51,939 bases of DNA, from contig CAYLVM010000004.1 in assembly GCA_964387145.1 (NCBI GenBank), positions 2,796 through 54,734 of the forward strand, read 5' to 3'. Below are positions 17,604 through 27,600 of this stretch, one piece after another (position 1 is the stretch's first letter; every line of letters starts with the position of its first letter). The notes under the pieces are model-generated. The model did not search any database, was not told the origin of the DNA, and worked only from the letters and a program-made list of their open reading frames with translations. Source of the DNA: an uncultured Acidimicrobiaceae bacterium (GTDB lineage Bacteria; Actinomycetota; Acidimicrobiia; Spongiisociales; UBA5794). The position numbers and the translations under genes were made by a program.

Positions 17604-17933
17604 TTGGGACAGCGAATCGAGATCGAGAGTGCCGTGGTCGTGGATGATTCGCTGATCGTGACGACCAATCGCAGCCTCACCGGAACAGATGGGGAGGGGT
17701 TCGACTCCGTCAACGAGGCTCGCGACGGCGGCACGTTCGCTGCGAAGCTCACCTATGACCTGTTCGAGATGGACAAGGCGATTCGCCGTGTCTATGTCAC
17801 GTCGAACGTCGTCATCGTCACACGAGACGGCACCTGGACGACACAAGCCAAGGACGCAACGGCACACGTCGTAGAAGAGTTCTTCCTCTACTACCCGGCT
17901 GCACAGGACGTCGCTCAACCGTCGCCGGCGTAG
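17604..17933 (+). CDS. Small protein resembling the Nfu/NifU N-terminal scaffold domain
   Basis: SD GAGGAGG before TTG; LF...IRRVYV.SNVVIVTR...W pattern. Confidence 0.6.
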   Translation: MGQRIEIESAVVVDDSLIVTTNRSLTGTDGEGFDSVNEARDGGTFAAKLTYDLFEMDKAIRRVYVTSNVVIVTRDGTWTTQAKDATAHVVEEFFLYYPAAQDVAQPSPA

Positions 17934-19912
17934 GAGCCAACGGTCAGAGAGATCGTCGTCCCGGGCCGTACTAGTTCGCCACGGGTGGGTTTCTGGTCGA
18001 GGACGATGTTGTCTTGTGCCGGGTCGTCGACGCTTTGGAGATTCTTGGCCGCACGGAACCCCTGTTCGGCAAGGGTTGACAGCGCATCCTCCCACGTCTT
18101 GCCGGTGACCGATGGGAGAGGTACCGGGCAGTTGACCGGCTCACCGGTGACCTCACAGGGGTGCACTGTGTAGAGCGTCGACAGCGGTCGGTACCTCCAG
18201 ACGAGCTGCAGATCGGTCTCGGTCCGACCATCCGGGTACGTCACGACGCGGTCGACACGCTGGAGGTATCCGTCGATCCCGTTGCGTTCCTTGACCCGTT
18301 CTCCGGGTTGCAGCGTCCCCTCGGTGTCGGCGACGAACTCGTCCTCAGCCTCGACGATGGCCTCGCGTTCATAGGTCACGTCGGTGCACTTCTTGCCCCC
18401 GTTGTTTCCGAACATCTTGACCGTGATACTCGTCGTTCGATACGCCGTCTTGACGATGACGGGATAGTCGGTGTTGTTCCTGAAGCGCACATCGGGCTTG
18501 GGGAATCCAAGCGTCGCCTCACGGCCCCTGGGGTACCGTGAGAAGGACAGCGAGTGTGGCTGATGTTCGACGTCCTCGAGGCAGGAGAAGAACACGGCGT
18601 TGAACAGTGTCGTACCGAACTGGCTGACGCCTCCACCGATGTTGGCAGGGTTGTCACAGCAGTAGGGAACACCGTTGATGATGGCCGGAGCAGCGACGTA
18701 CCCCTTCTTCTCGGTGCGTATCCCAACCTCGTCGTTGATCGACCAATCGTCGCCGGGGAGAACGACTGCACCATCGACGTCGCGGGCCATCCTCTGGATG
18801 TTGACGACTCGATCCTGGCCCGCGGGGTGCTCTGTCGTGAACTCACCGAGGAGTCCAAGTGAAGGGAGATACGCCTGGGCATCGGCTGCAGTGAAAGTCG
18901 GATCCGCTCCGACGATGAGGGGGAAGACCCCGATTCCGTCGCCGAGAGCAACGCGTTTCATCTCGACGAGCAGAGCGCCCATGTCGATGAGGGTGCCCGC
19001 GCGACCGGGGATCACCGAGATCTTGTTCGTTGCGAGGTCCACGTCGTAGGTAGCGTTGACCGGATTTCGCTCGAACTCGTCGCGAAGTGGATCGATGACG
19101 TGCAGGACCCCATGTTCGTCGAACGACACGATCATCGTATCGCCCGTGTCGGAGAGATCGGCCCGAACGGCCGCCTCGAGGTCGTGGGGAGAGAACGACA
19201 CTCTGACGCCGACTTCGTTCGAGATCAACGTGATCTCGGAATCGATCATCTGTCCCATCTCGGCTGCGGCTGCGTCGATATCGTCCGAAGTGAGGCTCGG
19301 TTGCGATGTCGTGATCGTTAGGGGAGTTACGGACTTGTCGAGTGTCGACATCGTCTGGATCACTGCAGCGATCGATGGGGTCCGGTCGATGGCGTCCCCT
19401 GCAGTGGGGTACTCGGGAGTGACAACGCCGTCGACGACCGTCACAGCGCCCTCGAACGCAAGGGTGTCGATCGCTGCTACCTCCCACGTGTCGAGCACCT
19501 TGTCGATCGCATCCTCACTGAACGAGATCGTGAGGGGCACGTCGAGGACCGATCCGAATGATCGGAGCCAGGAGGTGAAGTTGGACAAGATGTTGCCGTC
19601 TCTGCGGGCCAGCATCGCGTCGTCGACGGCTCGGTCGGTCGCCACCGTCAGTCCGATCGTGAGGGGGCTCAGATCGAACGATCGGTCAGCGACGGTGAAC
19701 TTGCCGGAACTCTGACGCAGTTCGGACTGATGGGCCTCGAGGACGAGTGTCGCGTCTTGTGGTGCGAGGCCGCCGACGGGAAGCCCGACGACGGTGACGT
19801 TCCGGGCGATCTCGTCGGAGGTGGCGCCGACATCAGCCAGGTAAATGGCAATCGGCAGGAGAAAGATCGCCATCGGGACGAGCGTAAAGATGATTCTCCG
19901 CGGTGGCTTCAT
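17915..19912 (-). CDS. VanW family protein (PG-binding_4 + VanW + G5-like + PASTA), paralog 1
   Basis: N-terminal anchor; GGGVSQFGTTLFNA, PHS and GREATL motifs; C-terminal PASTA (PSVTGK...QKP..G). Confidence 0.9.
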   Translation of the reverse strand: MKPPRRIIFTLVPMAIFLLPIAIYLADVGATSDEIARNVTVVGLPVGGLAPQDATLVLEAHQSELRQSSGKFTVADRSFDLSPLTIGLTVATDRAVDDAMLARRDGNILSNFTSWLRSFGSVLDVPLTISFSEDAIDKVLDTWEVAAIDTLAFEGAVTVVDGVVTPEYPTAGDAIDRTPSIAAVIQTMSTLDKSVTPLTITTSQPSLTSDDIDAAAAEMGQMIDSEITLISNEVGVRVSFSPHDLEAAVRADLSDTGDTMIVSFDEHGVLHVIDPLRDEFERNPVNATYDVDLATNKISVIPGRAGTLIDMGALLVEMKRVALGDGIGVFPLIVGADPTFTAADAQAYLPSLGLLGEFTTEHPAGQDRVVNIQRMARDVDGAVVLPGDDWSINDEVGIRTEKKGYVAAPAIINGVPYCCDNPANIGGGVSQFGTTLFNAVFFSCLEDVEHQPHSLSFSRYPRGREATLGFPKPDVRFRNNTDYPVIVKTAYRTTSITVKMFGNNGGKKCTDVTYEREAIVEAEDEFVADTEGTLQPGERVKERNGIDGYLQRVDRVVTYPDGRTETDLQLVWRYRPLSTLYTVHPCEVTGEPVNCPVPLPSVTGKTWEDALSTLAEQGFRAAKNLQSVDDPAQDNIVLDQKPTRGELVRPGTTISLTVGSYAGDG

Positions 19913-20010
19913 GGAGGAGTGGGGTACCTGGTCTCGGGAGAGCGGAGTGTAGGTTCAGGGTTCGGCAAGTGATCCCAGCCGGGGCCTCGGGCAACGACAG
20001 GATCGGACGG

Positions 20011-22098
20011 TCAGCCGCCCTCTCCGCCCCCACCACCGGCGTCGACGTAGGAGCCGACGGTGATCGTGATCGTCGTTCCCGGCTCTTGATACCCCGTTGG
20101 AGACGACGACAAGACGATCCCGTTCTTCGCCGGATCGGTGGTGTCGACGTGAACGACAGCCACGGTGAATCCTGCAGTTGCGAGGGATGCCGTTGCATCC
20201 GCAGCGGTGAGCCCGGACACCGACGGTACGGTGATCGGGCAGACACCGTCGCCGCCGACTCTTTCGTCGCAGGGGTGGAGCAGGATGACGTTCTTCTCGC
20301 CGCGGTACCGCCAGTCGAACCGTTCCCGATCGATCTCGTTGCCCTCAGCGTCGTAGAAGATGCGCCAGTTCGTGATGCTCCACCCCTTGGAGCCCCTCGA
20401 CTTGACCTTCTCCTCGCCGGGGGCGACGACGCCGTCCTCATCGGCCTTGTACAACTTGATCGGTGGCGAGACGTTCGAGCGTTCGGAACGCTCGGTACCG
20501 CAGGTCTTACCTTCCTGGTTCCCGAAGAAGGTGAGGGTCACCGAGTGGTCCGTATAGGACCCCTTGATGATCACCGGGGCGTTCGAATCGTTCTTGAACG
20601 CAACATCGGGTGTCGGGTATCCGAGGGTTGCCTCACGGCCCTCCGGGTACTTCGAGAAGTAGATGCTGTGGGGCTGGTGGACAACGTCCTCGTAGCAGCC
20701 GAAGTAGATCGCGTTGAAGATCGTCGTGCCGAACTGGCTGACACCGCCACCGACGTTGACGAGATCCTGCTCACAGGAGAGTTCGCCTCCAACGATCGCG
20801 CAGTCGTACTTGAAGCCCTTCTCGAGGGTGCGCTGCCCGATGTATTCGTTGACCGAGAACGTGTCTCCGGGCCAGACGATCGTTCCATCGACGAGGTCGA
20901 CCATCAGTCGGATGTTGTCGGCTCTGTTGCGTCCCGGCATGTAGGTTGTGAACTCGGAGACCTCATAGAGCTCCCCGTACTGCTCGGCGTCCTGCGTGCT
21001 GAACTCGGGTTCAGCATTGAGATCGAGAGGGAGGAACCCGGTGCCATCGCCGAACGCTGCCTTCTCGACCGCGGCGAAGACATCATCGGGGTTCACGGTC
21101 GTACCGAGGAGCGAGGGGACGAGATCGATCGTGTCGTTGAGGGGCAACCCGTCCTGTCCCGGGGGACGTCGCTGCTCCTTGGCCGGGATCTGGAAGTTCT
21201 CGTTGAAAGGCTCGGTGTCATCCACGAGGACGATGTTCCAACTCGCATCGACGGGCGGGACCTCGAGCTGTGGTCTCGCTGCTTCGATCAGAGGTGTGAT
21301 GACCGACTGGTCGAGGGAGAACTCGACATCATCGGTTCCATCGGTGGGGACACGAACCTCGAGGGCGTTCGCAAGGTCCGGGGGCGGGACGAGGAAGGTG
21401 AAGTCGTACTCATCATTGGTGAGCACCACGCCTCGGGCAACGATCGTTTCGGCACGGTCGCCTGCAGCGTCGATATCCGCGGTCGTGTGGACCGGTGTTG
21501 AGATCGCTGTTGGAAGCACCACCGTGTTCGTTGCTCCGCTGATGAGAGCGTCGCGGATGAGCAGAGTCGCCGGGTCCCTGTCGATCGCGGTTCCTTCTTT
21601 CGGGTACCGGCGCTCTGCGCTCTGGCCGACCATCCTCACGGATCCTTCGAAGGCGGGGTTGGGGATTGCAGCCTGCTGCCACTCGGTGAACTTCTCGTCG
21701 AGAAGATCCGCGTCGAGTGTTGCTGTGACGGGAAGGTCCACCTCGTCCGAGAACGCCTGGAACCACTCCGTGACACCGTTCTTGTATTGGGCCATGGCGG
21801 CTGTGACGGCACCTTGCGTATCGAACGTGAGGTTCACCTCTTGGGGCGTGAGTGAGAATGATTCACCGTTCACTTCGATGGTCACGGTGTTTGCGAGAAG
21901 ATCAGCCGTGTAGGCGTTGACAGCAGCGATAGCTTCGGCTTCGGTGTATCGGGCAACATCGACACCCGAGATGGAAACATTGCGAGCGACCTTGTCCGAA
22001 GCGGCGGCACTGTCGATGAAGTAGATCGTCAACGGCAGCAAGAAGATCAACGCCGGCACCGCAATGAGAAGCAACAGTCGAGTTTTCGGGGTAGCCAT
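20011..22098 (-). CDS. VanW family protein with PASTA, paralog 2
   Basis: Same architecture; GGGVSQFGTTIFNA, PHS and GREATL motifs. Confidence 0.9.
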   Translation of the reverse strand: MATPKTRLLLLIAVPALIFLLPLTIYFIDSAAASDKVARNVSISGVDVARYTEAEAIAAVNAYTADLLANTVTIEVNGESFSLTPQEVNLTFDTQGAVTAAMAQYKNGVTEWFQAFSDEVDLPVTATLDADLLDEKFTEWQQAAIPNPAFEGSVRMVGQSAERRYPKEGTAIDRDPATLLIRDALISGATNTVVLPTAISTPVHTTADIDAAGDRAETIVARGVVLTNDEYDFTFLVPPPDLANALEVRVPTDGTDDVEFSLDQSVITPLIEAARPQLEVPPVDASWNIVLVDDTEPFNENFQIPAKEQRRPPGQDGLPLNDTIDLVPSLLGTTVNPDDVFAAVEKAAFGDGTGFLPLDLNAEPEFSTQDAEQYGELYEVSEFTTYMPGRNRADNIRLMVDLVDGTIVWPGDTFSVNEYIGQRTLEKGFKYDCAIVGGELSCEQDLVNVGGGVSQFGTTIFNAIYFGCYEDVVHQPHSIYFSKYPEGREATLGYPTPDVAFKNDSNAPVIIKGSYTDHSVTLTFFGNQEGKTCGTERSERSNVSPPIKLYKADEDGVVAPGEEKVKSRGSKGWSITNWRIFYDAEGNEIDRERFDWRYRGEKNVILLHPCDERVGGDGVCPITVPSVSGLTAADATASLATAGFTVAVVHVDTTDPAKNGIVLSSSPTGYQEPGTTITITVGSYVDAGGGGGEGG

Positions 22099-22274
22099 TC
22101 ACAACTCCGTGCAGGTTCAGATTGTGGCGCTTTGCGAGTATATGAGTGGGTTCCAGATAGCTGATCCATTTCGAGGCAGTGAGGGCACAACGGCCCTCGA
22201 GATCTGGAGGCGGCACGTCCCCGCCGATCGTCGCGCCGTTTCAGTGACTCCATGGACGCGCCATACTCTTCGCC

Positions 22275-23123
22275 ATGTCCCTCACCATTCTTGCTCTCCA
22301 CGCCCACCCCGACGACGAGTCCTCGAAAGCTGCAGCGTCGGTTGCCAGACTTGTCGATGAGGGTGCTCGCGCAGTCCTGGTGACCGCGACGGGTGGCGAA
22401 GCCGGCGACATCTTGAACCCTGAAATGGACATCCCCGAGGTCGCTCGGCGTCTCGGCGAGATCCGAGCAGTTGAACTCGAAGAAGCGGCCCGCATCATCG
22501 GGTTCGATGAGGTCGTGATGCTCGGCTACCGAGACTCGGGGATGCCAGACTCGTCCGACAACCGACGAGAGGACGCGTTCTGCAACCAGCCGATCGATGA
22601 GGTTCTCGAGCGGGTGGTCGAGGTCGTTCGAAGGGTCCGCCCCGACGTCGTGCTCGGCTACGACGATCACGAGTTCTACCCCCATCCGGATCATCTGCGC
22701 ATTCATGACATCTCGTTGAAACTCGCCGCGGCCGCCGCGGACCCAGATCGGTTCCCCGAAGCGGGGAACCCGTGGCAGATCGAGGCGGTGTACGCGCCGG
22801 TGTTCGCGAGAGAGCGCATCCTTGCTCTTCACACGGCGATGTTGGAGTCGACCGGTGAGTCACCTTTCGCTGTGTGGCTCGAGCGAGGTGTAGGGACAGA
22901 GGCCGAGCGGACGCTATTCAAGTTCGATGTCACCGGATACGTGGACCGCGGTCGGAAGGCTCTGGCCGCTCACCGGACACAGGTCGATCCCAGAGGGTTC
23001 TGGTTCGCCGTACCGACGCCGGTGATCGAAGCCGTGTACCCGTGGGAGGACTTCGAACTTCTCTACAGCAACGGACCCTCGAGTACCGACCGGGACCACC
23101 CATTCTCTGGGATCAGAGAGTGA
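22275..23123 (+). CDS. mca: Mycothiol S-conjugate amidase (PIG-L family)
   Basis: HAHPDDESSK, TGGEAGDILNP, YPHPDH, AHRTQVDP and WEDFEL motifs; leaderless. Confidence 0.8.
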   Translation: MSLTILALHAHPDDESSKAAASVARLVDEGARAVLVTATGGEAGDILNPEMDIPEVARRLGEIRAVELEEAARIIGFDEVVMLGYRDSGMPDSSDNRREDAFCNQPIDEVLERVVEVVRRVRPDVVLGYDDHEFYPHPDHLRIHDISLKLAAAAADPDRFPEAGNPWQIEAVYAPVFARERILALHTAMLESTGESPFAVWLERGVGTEAERTLFKFDVTGYVDRGRKALAAHRTQVDPRGFWFAVPTPVIEAVYPWEDFELLYSNGPSSTDRDHPFSGIRE

Positions 23124-23154
23124 CACGGCCCCGCTGACGTATCCTGCATCGGGT

Positions 23155-24453
23155 ATGACCGACCTCGACGATTCCCTCCATGCTGCACTGAGCGAAGTTC
23201 CCGAGTCGCTACTCGATAGAGACGAGAGGGCAGTTCTGACGGACGCGCTGGCATCGACCGCCGTCTTGAGAGGAATCGAAGCCACATCGAAGGTCGTCGT
23301 ATTCGTCGGCCCATCCGGAGCAGGACGGTCCTTCCTGTTCAACCGTACCGTCGGCGTTCAGGCATCTCCCGAGGGGGTGTTGCGACCAACGACGACCGCG
23401 ATCATCGTTGCAGGTACCAACCCACCTTCCCGGTTCACCATCGATGGAGTGGCCGTGGCGACCCCCAACGCTCCTCCGGGGTTGACGTTTCTCGACACCC
23501 CGAGCTGGGAGCACGACCGCAGCAGCGTCACCGGAGCCCTTTCTGAGGCCGATCTTGCGGTTCTCGTCGTGTCCCCACGCAGATACGCCGATGCTTCGGT
23601 CACCGAGTTGTGGATGGAGCTGGAAGACACGCAGAAGGTGATCGTGCTGAATCGGGCACCCGGGAGCGCGGGTGCCAGGGACGAGATCGTCGAGTCGATC
23701 CATGGCATCTTCGGTACCGCCCCGATCGTCGTCCAAGAGGGTGCCGATGATCTCGGGCATCTTTGGAGCACCCTCGAGGATCTTGCCGACACCTCATGTG
23801 TACTTGCTCGCCGCAGGATCATGGCGCGATGTGTGTCGAGCGCCGCGAGGTTCGTCGCACGTGCCACGACGCACAACGCGTGGCAGATCGAGGCGGTCCG
23901 TTCCACCGTCCAAGCAGCGGCAATGCCCGTGAGCAACCGCGAGTCCTTGAGCGTCCACGACAGCTGGATCGCGACGAAGCAATCCATGGTGGAGTCCGTT
24001 GCGCGGCGCATCAGAGATCGTGACGACGACGTGGTTCGCGGCTCGGGAACACTGCTTGCCCGGAGAATCCTCGATCGCCTCGGGCCGTGGGACGAGTCGG
24101 TACTCGACGGCGACCTCGACGCATGGAGAGATCGATGCGTCAACCTCCACGAGGCAGCAGCGTCGATGCGCTGGCGCCGAACATCGGGAAGGCAGTTGAT
24201 CGAGCGGCTGAGTTGGAAGTCGGCGATCAATGACGACGTCGTCCAATCCAAGCGCTTCCTTCGCATCATGGGCAAGGAGTTTCCGACCGTCGCAGGGGCG
24301 GTCCGAGAGGAGTTGTTCATCCTCCTCGAAGGCTCGATCGAAGAACGACGGGTTCGCTGGCTCGATGTGTTGGCCGAGCTCGGGGAGTATCGACCCGGGG
24401 TTCTGACCACGCTTGCAGACTCCTTGGACGACGAGTACCGATCCGATGGCTGA
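23155..24453 (+). CDS. Dynamin-like/TRAFAC GTPase domain protein A
   Basis: GPSGAGRS P-loop, RPTT, DTPS, RYAD and VLNR motifs; helical C-terminus. Confidence 0.75.
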   Translation: MTDLDDSLHAALSEVPESLLDRDERAVLTDALASTAVLRGIEATSKVVVFVGPSGAGRSFLFNRTVGVQASPEGVLRPTTTAIIVAGTNPPSRFTIDGVAVATPNAPPGLTFLDTPSWEHDRSSVTGALSEADLAVLVVSPRRYADASVTELWMELEDTQKVIVLNRAPGSAGARDEIVESIHGIFGTAPIVVQEGADDLGHLWSTLEDLADTSCVLARRRIMARCVSSAARFVARATTHNAWQIEAVRSTVQAAAMPVSNRESLSVHDSWIATKQSMVESVARRIRDRDDDVVRGSGTLLARRILDRLGPWDESVLDGDLDAWRDRCVNLHEAAASMRWRRTSGRQLIERLSWKSAINDDVVQSKRFLRIMGKEFPTVAGAVREELFILLEGSIEERRVRWLDVLAELGEYRPGVLTTLADSLDDEYRSDG

Positions 24454-25348
24454 TCTTCGGGAACTCTTCGATCTGGTCGACATTGCCATCGCCCGGTCCG
24501 ACGGCGTGCTCGACGAGGAGCAGCGCAGGGACATCGCAGCGATGGCGCGGAGCGCACGGCGCAGATCCGGGTTTCTCGGTGAGGTCCTTGTCGTGGCCCT
24601 CGCGGGTGGTACCGGTTCGGGTAAGTCCTCGCTGCTCAACGCTTTGGTCTCGTGTGATGTCGTCGACGTCGGAGTGGTCCGTCCGACCACCCGACACGCG
24701 GTTGCCGTCATGCCTCACGACGCTTCGGTCGATCTGGGCACCGTGATCGAGGATCTATCCGTCGGAGAAGTGCTCACCTCGACATCTTTGCGTACCACCG
24801 TATTCGTCGACCTCCCTGACTTCGACAGCATCGAGGCGGCACACCGCAACATCGTCGAGGAGGTGCTTCCCACGGTCGACGCCGTCATTTGGGTGGTCGA
24901 CCCTGAGAAGTACGCGGATCCTGTGATTCACGCCGAGTTCCTCGATCCGTTGGCGAGATACGCCGACCAATTCATATTCGCGTTGAACCACTCAGACCGT
25001 CTTTGCGGGTCCGTCCCTGTCGTAATGGACCATCTCGTTTCGCTTCTTCGTGCCGACGGTTACCCGGATCCGGAAGTCGTCGCGACGGTTGGGTCGGCAC
25101 CGGTCGACATCGATGATCTCGAGGCCGTGATCGCCCGGAGGTTCGACGCCAAGGTCACAGCTCTCACGAAGCTTGCCGTCGATTTGAGGTCGATCGCCAA
25201 CGATGCCTGGCGATCGTGTCGGTCGCGTGCCGAATCTTCAGACGGCGATGCCAAGGTCGGTGCGGAACTTGCAGCGGCGACATTCGTATCGTTGGGCATC
25301 GAAGCCTACGATTTTCAGAGTTCGATCAGAAGAGGTGAACGTGGCTGA
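24446..25348 (+). CDS. Dynamin-like/TRAFAC GTPase domain protein B
   Basis: GGTGSGKSSLLNAL, RPTT, DLPDFDS and WVVDPEKYAD motifs; overlaps the upstream stop. Confidence 0.85.
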   Translation: MADLRELFDLVDIAIARSDGVLDEEQRRDIAAMARSARRRSGFLGEVLVVALAGGTGSGKSSLLNALVSCDVVDVGVVRPTTRHAVAVMPHDASVDLGTVIEDLSVGEVLTSTSLRTTVFVDLPDFDSIEAAHRNIVEEVLPTVDAVIWVVDPEKYADPVIHAEFLDPLARYADQFIFALNHSDRLCGSVPVVMDHLVSLLRADGYPDPEVVATVGSAPVDIDDLEAVIARRFDAKVTALTKLAVDLRSIANDAWRSCRSRAESSDGDAKVGAELAAATFVSLGIEAYDFQSSIRRGERG

Positions 25349-26222
25349 GTCCATCGGTGAGTTCCTATCGACGTTGTGGACCGAGAGAGGGTTCGAGATT
25401 CTCGCGACTGTTGGAACGCTCGTCGGAGCGGTGATCCTGATCGTTGCCATCCGCCGGGCCCTCGATCGATGGAAGCAGCGGGTCACCGTCAGGCTGATGG
25501 AGTCCGAGGCGTACGACGACCGCGAACGAGGGCAGCGACTCGTGACCCTCACCGACGTCGCCAGGCTCGTGACGAGCATCGTCGTGTGGGCGGTCGTCGT
25601 CCTCACCATCATGGGCATCTGGGGCATACCGATGACTCCGTTCGTCGCCGTTGGCGCGACGATCGGCATCGCGGTCGGTTTCGGTGCCCAGGACGTGGTC
25701 CGTGATGTGATCGCAGGATTCTTGATCCTGCTCGAGAACCAGTACGCGATCGGCGACGTCGTCACGATCGCAGGCGTCGATGGAACAGTGGAGTCGATCC
25801 GACTTCGCACGACAGTGCTTCGGGACATCTCGGGCAACGTCCATCACGTTCCCAACGGCCAGATCAAGGTCGCATCCAACCTCACATCTGACTTCGCGAG
25901 ATACGTTGCGGACATCCCGGTGTCCTACGACACCGACATCGACCGCGCCATGGAGGTGATCCTCGACGAAGCGATGGCGATGGCAGCGGCTCCGGAGTGG
26001 GCCAAGAAGTTCGTGGAGGAGCCAGCGATGCTCGGAGTGAATGAGCTCGCAGACTCATCGGTGAACATTCGGCTGCTGATGACCGTTGTGACCGAGGACC
26101 GGTGGTCGATCAAGCGCGAGTTCCTACGGAGGATCAAGAACCGGCTGGACGATGAGCAGATCGAGATCCCCTACGCGTACATGAACGTCGTCATTCAGGG
26201 TGATCGGCCAGATCCGGCCTGA
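25341..26222 (+). CDS. Small-conductance mechanosensitive channel (MscS/YbiO-like)
   Basis: AVGFGAQ..V.D.IAG, GTVESI.LRTT and VPNG motifs. Confidence 0.93.
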   Translation: MAESIGEFLSTLWTERGFEILATVGTLVGAVILIVAIRRALDRWKQRVTVRLMESEAYDDRERGQRLVTLTDVARLVTSIVVWAVVVLTIMGIWGIPMTPFVAVGATIGIAVGFGAQDVVRDVIAGFLILLENQYAIGDVVTIAGVDGTVESIRLRTTVLRDISGNVHHVPNGQIKVASNLTSDFARYVADIPVSYDTDIDRAMEVILDEAMAMAAAPEWAKKFVEEPAMLGVNELADSSVNIRLLMTVVTEDRWSIKREFLRRIKNRLDDEQIEIPYAYMNVVIQGDRPDPA

Positions 26223-27126
26223 GTACGAGAACCGCGTTTGGCGCCGGGCGTACCTCGAGTCGAGACGCGTCGCCGAGCAACTCGCCATCTGCCTGGAACG
26301 GAGCCGCAGGCTCAGCATCCAAGGCCAGAAGATCGTACCCGGACCAGAATCTGATGCCGGTTGCCTCACGGTGTCGTCGTCGCAGCACAGCCCTCCCGAA
26401 GATCTCGGTTGCATGGACAACAGAGAGGCTATTCGCTGCGAGTGTTGCGATCCCATCTGGTGGATCTGGAGCGAGGTGGAGGGGGACCTTGCCGAAGTAC
26501 GTGTAGGGGTTGTGCACCTGGGTCAGGGCGACGACAGCGTCGAAACGATCACCATCACACTCGATTCGCAGGTTCGGGTACTCCGTCCTCCAGTTCGTGA
26601 GGAGCCTTGTCACCGCTGTCGTCGCGTAATGGACCCCGCCGAAGCGCGATTTGGCGAAAGGACGCGCCTCTGCGACCGAGACGACGTCTGCGTCGAATCC
26701 GATGCCGAGCGAGAACGTCGCGAAGCGTGTGACGTGGCCGAAGGCGGTGTCCGCGTCGACTCTGACCATGTCCGTGGGAACGGGCGAGTACTCCGTTGCT
26801 GCTTGGGCAGCCGCCCTCGGTTTCTTGGGGATGCCGAGGATGCGAGCCAGGACGTTGGTGGTGCCGGCAGGTATCAGGCCCAGTGCCGTGTCGGATCCCT
26901 CCAGAGCGTTCGCGACGTGGTGTGTCACGCCATCGCCGCCCATGGCGAAGACGGCGTCGATACCGGACTCGGCCGCCCGTCGGGTCGCAACGCCGGTCTC
27001 GAGTGCTGAGATCGGCCACTCCGTCGTCAGGTCGAAGCCGTCCTTGAGGGTGTTCACGACCTCGCGGTAGAGGCCACCGGTGAACTGTGAGGCAGAGGGG
27101 TTCGCTATGAGCAGGGCAGTGGCCAT
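26191..27126 (-). CDS. Diacylglycerol kinase family lipid kinase
   Basis: ANPSA, GGDG, PAGTTN and QADGE motifs; leaderless (TAGGCT-6nt-ATG). Confidence 0.9.
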   Translation of the reverse strand: MATALLIANPSASQFTGGLYREVVNTLKDGFDLTTEWPISALETGVATRRAAESGIDAVFAMGGDGVTHHVANALEGSDTALGLIPAGTTNVLARILGIPKKPRAAAQAATEYSPVPTDMVRVDADTAFGHVTRFATFSLGIGFDADVVSVAEARPFAKSRFGGVHYATTAVTRLLTNWRTEYPNLRIECDGDRFDAVVALTQVHNPYTYFGKVPLHLAPDPPDGIATLAANSLSVVHATEIFGRAVLRRRHREATGIRFWSGYDLLALDAEPAAPFQADGELLGDASRLEVRPAPNAVLVLRPDLADHPE

Positions 27127-27169
27127 CGGGCAAGCCTACGCCGCAGATAGGGTCACTTTCGGGCTTGGT

Positions 27170-27538
27170 TCAGCCTGCGAGGAGTTTCTCGACCTGGATG
27201 CGAAGGTCGAGCGGACGGAACGGCTTGGTCATGAAGGAATCGGCCCCACCGCGTGCGGCACGATCAGCCATCTCCGGCTGGGCGTGGGCAGTGAGGACGA
27301 GGACCTTGAGGTCGGCCGTCTCGGGATCCTCACGAAGATGTCGGAGAACTTCCCAGCCATCGAGGCCCGGCAGTCCGATGTCGAGGACGACTGCATCGGG
27401 TCGCTCCTGGCGGATGGCGTCGAGTCCCTCGGGACCGTCGCTTGCCGAGCGCACTTCGACGCCGAGCACTCTGAGGCAAACTTCGATCAGTCTCCTGACC
27501 GATGCCGAATCTTCGATGACGAGTACTTGTTGTTCCAC
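27170..27538 (-). CDS. Single-domain response regulator (CheY-like)
   Basis: LVIED, VLDIGLPGLDG, LTAH and TKPF receiver motifs; hidden in the C-terminal part of ORF 27170-28480. Confidence 0.9.
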   Translation of the reverse strand: MEQQVLVIEDSASVRRLIEVCLRVLGVEVRSASDGPEGLDAIRQERPDAVVLDIGLPGLDGWEVLRHLREDPETADLKVLVLTAHAQPEMADRAARGGADSFMTKPFRPLDLRIQVEKLLAG

Positions 27539-27600
27539 AATGACACTATCGGCGGGTTTCGAGAAGACTTCACAAGTTCCTTCGTGATCTGTATTCAGCA

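Noticed and set aside
19903-21501. Long antisense ORFs (also 6300-7526, 23358-24557, 45523-46407 and others)
   Set aside because: Shadow frames of well-supported genes in high-GC DNA, with no recognisable motifs.
17915-22098. Vancomycin-resistance locus
   Set aside because: No vanA/B, vanH, vanX or vanRS genes; VanW domains are widespread cell-wall proteins.
22099-22274. c-di-AMP (ydaO) riboswitch upstream of the VanW genes
   Set aside because: Some hairpins exist, but the consensus is absent and a TATACT -10 lies between them and the start codon.
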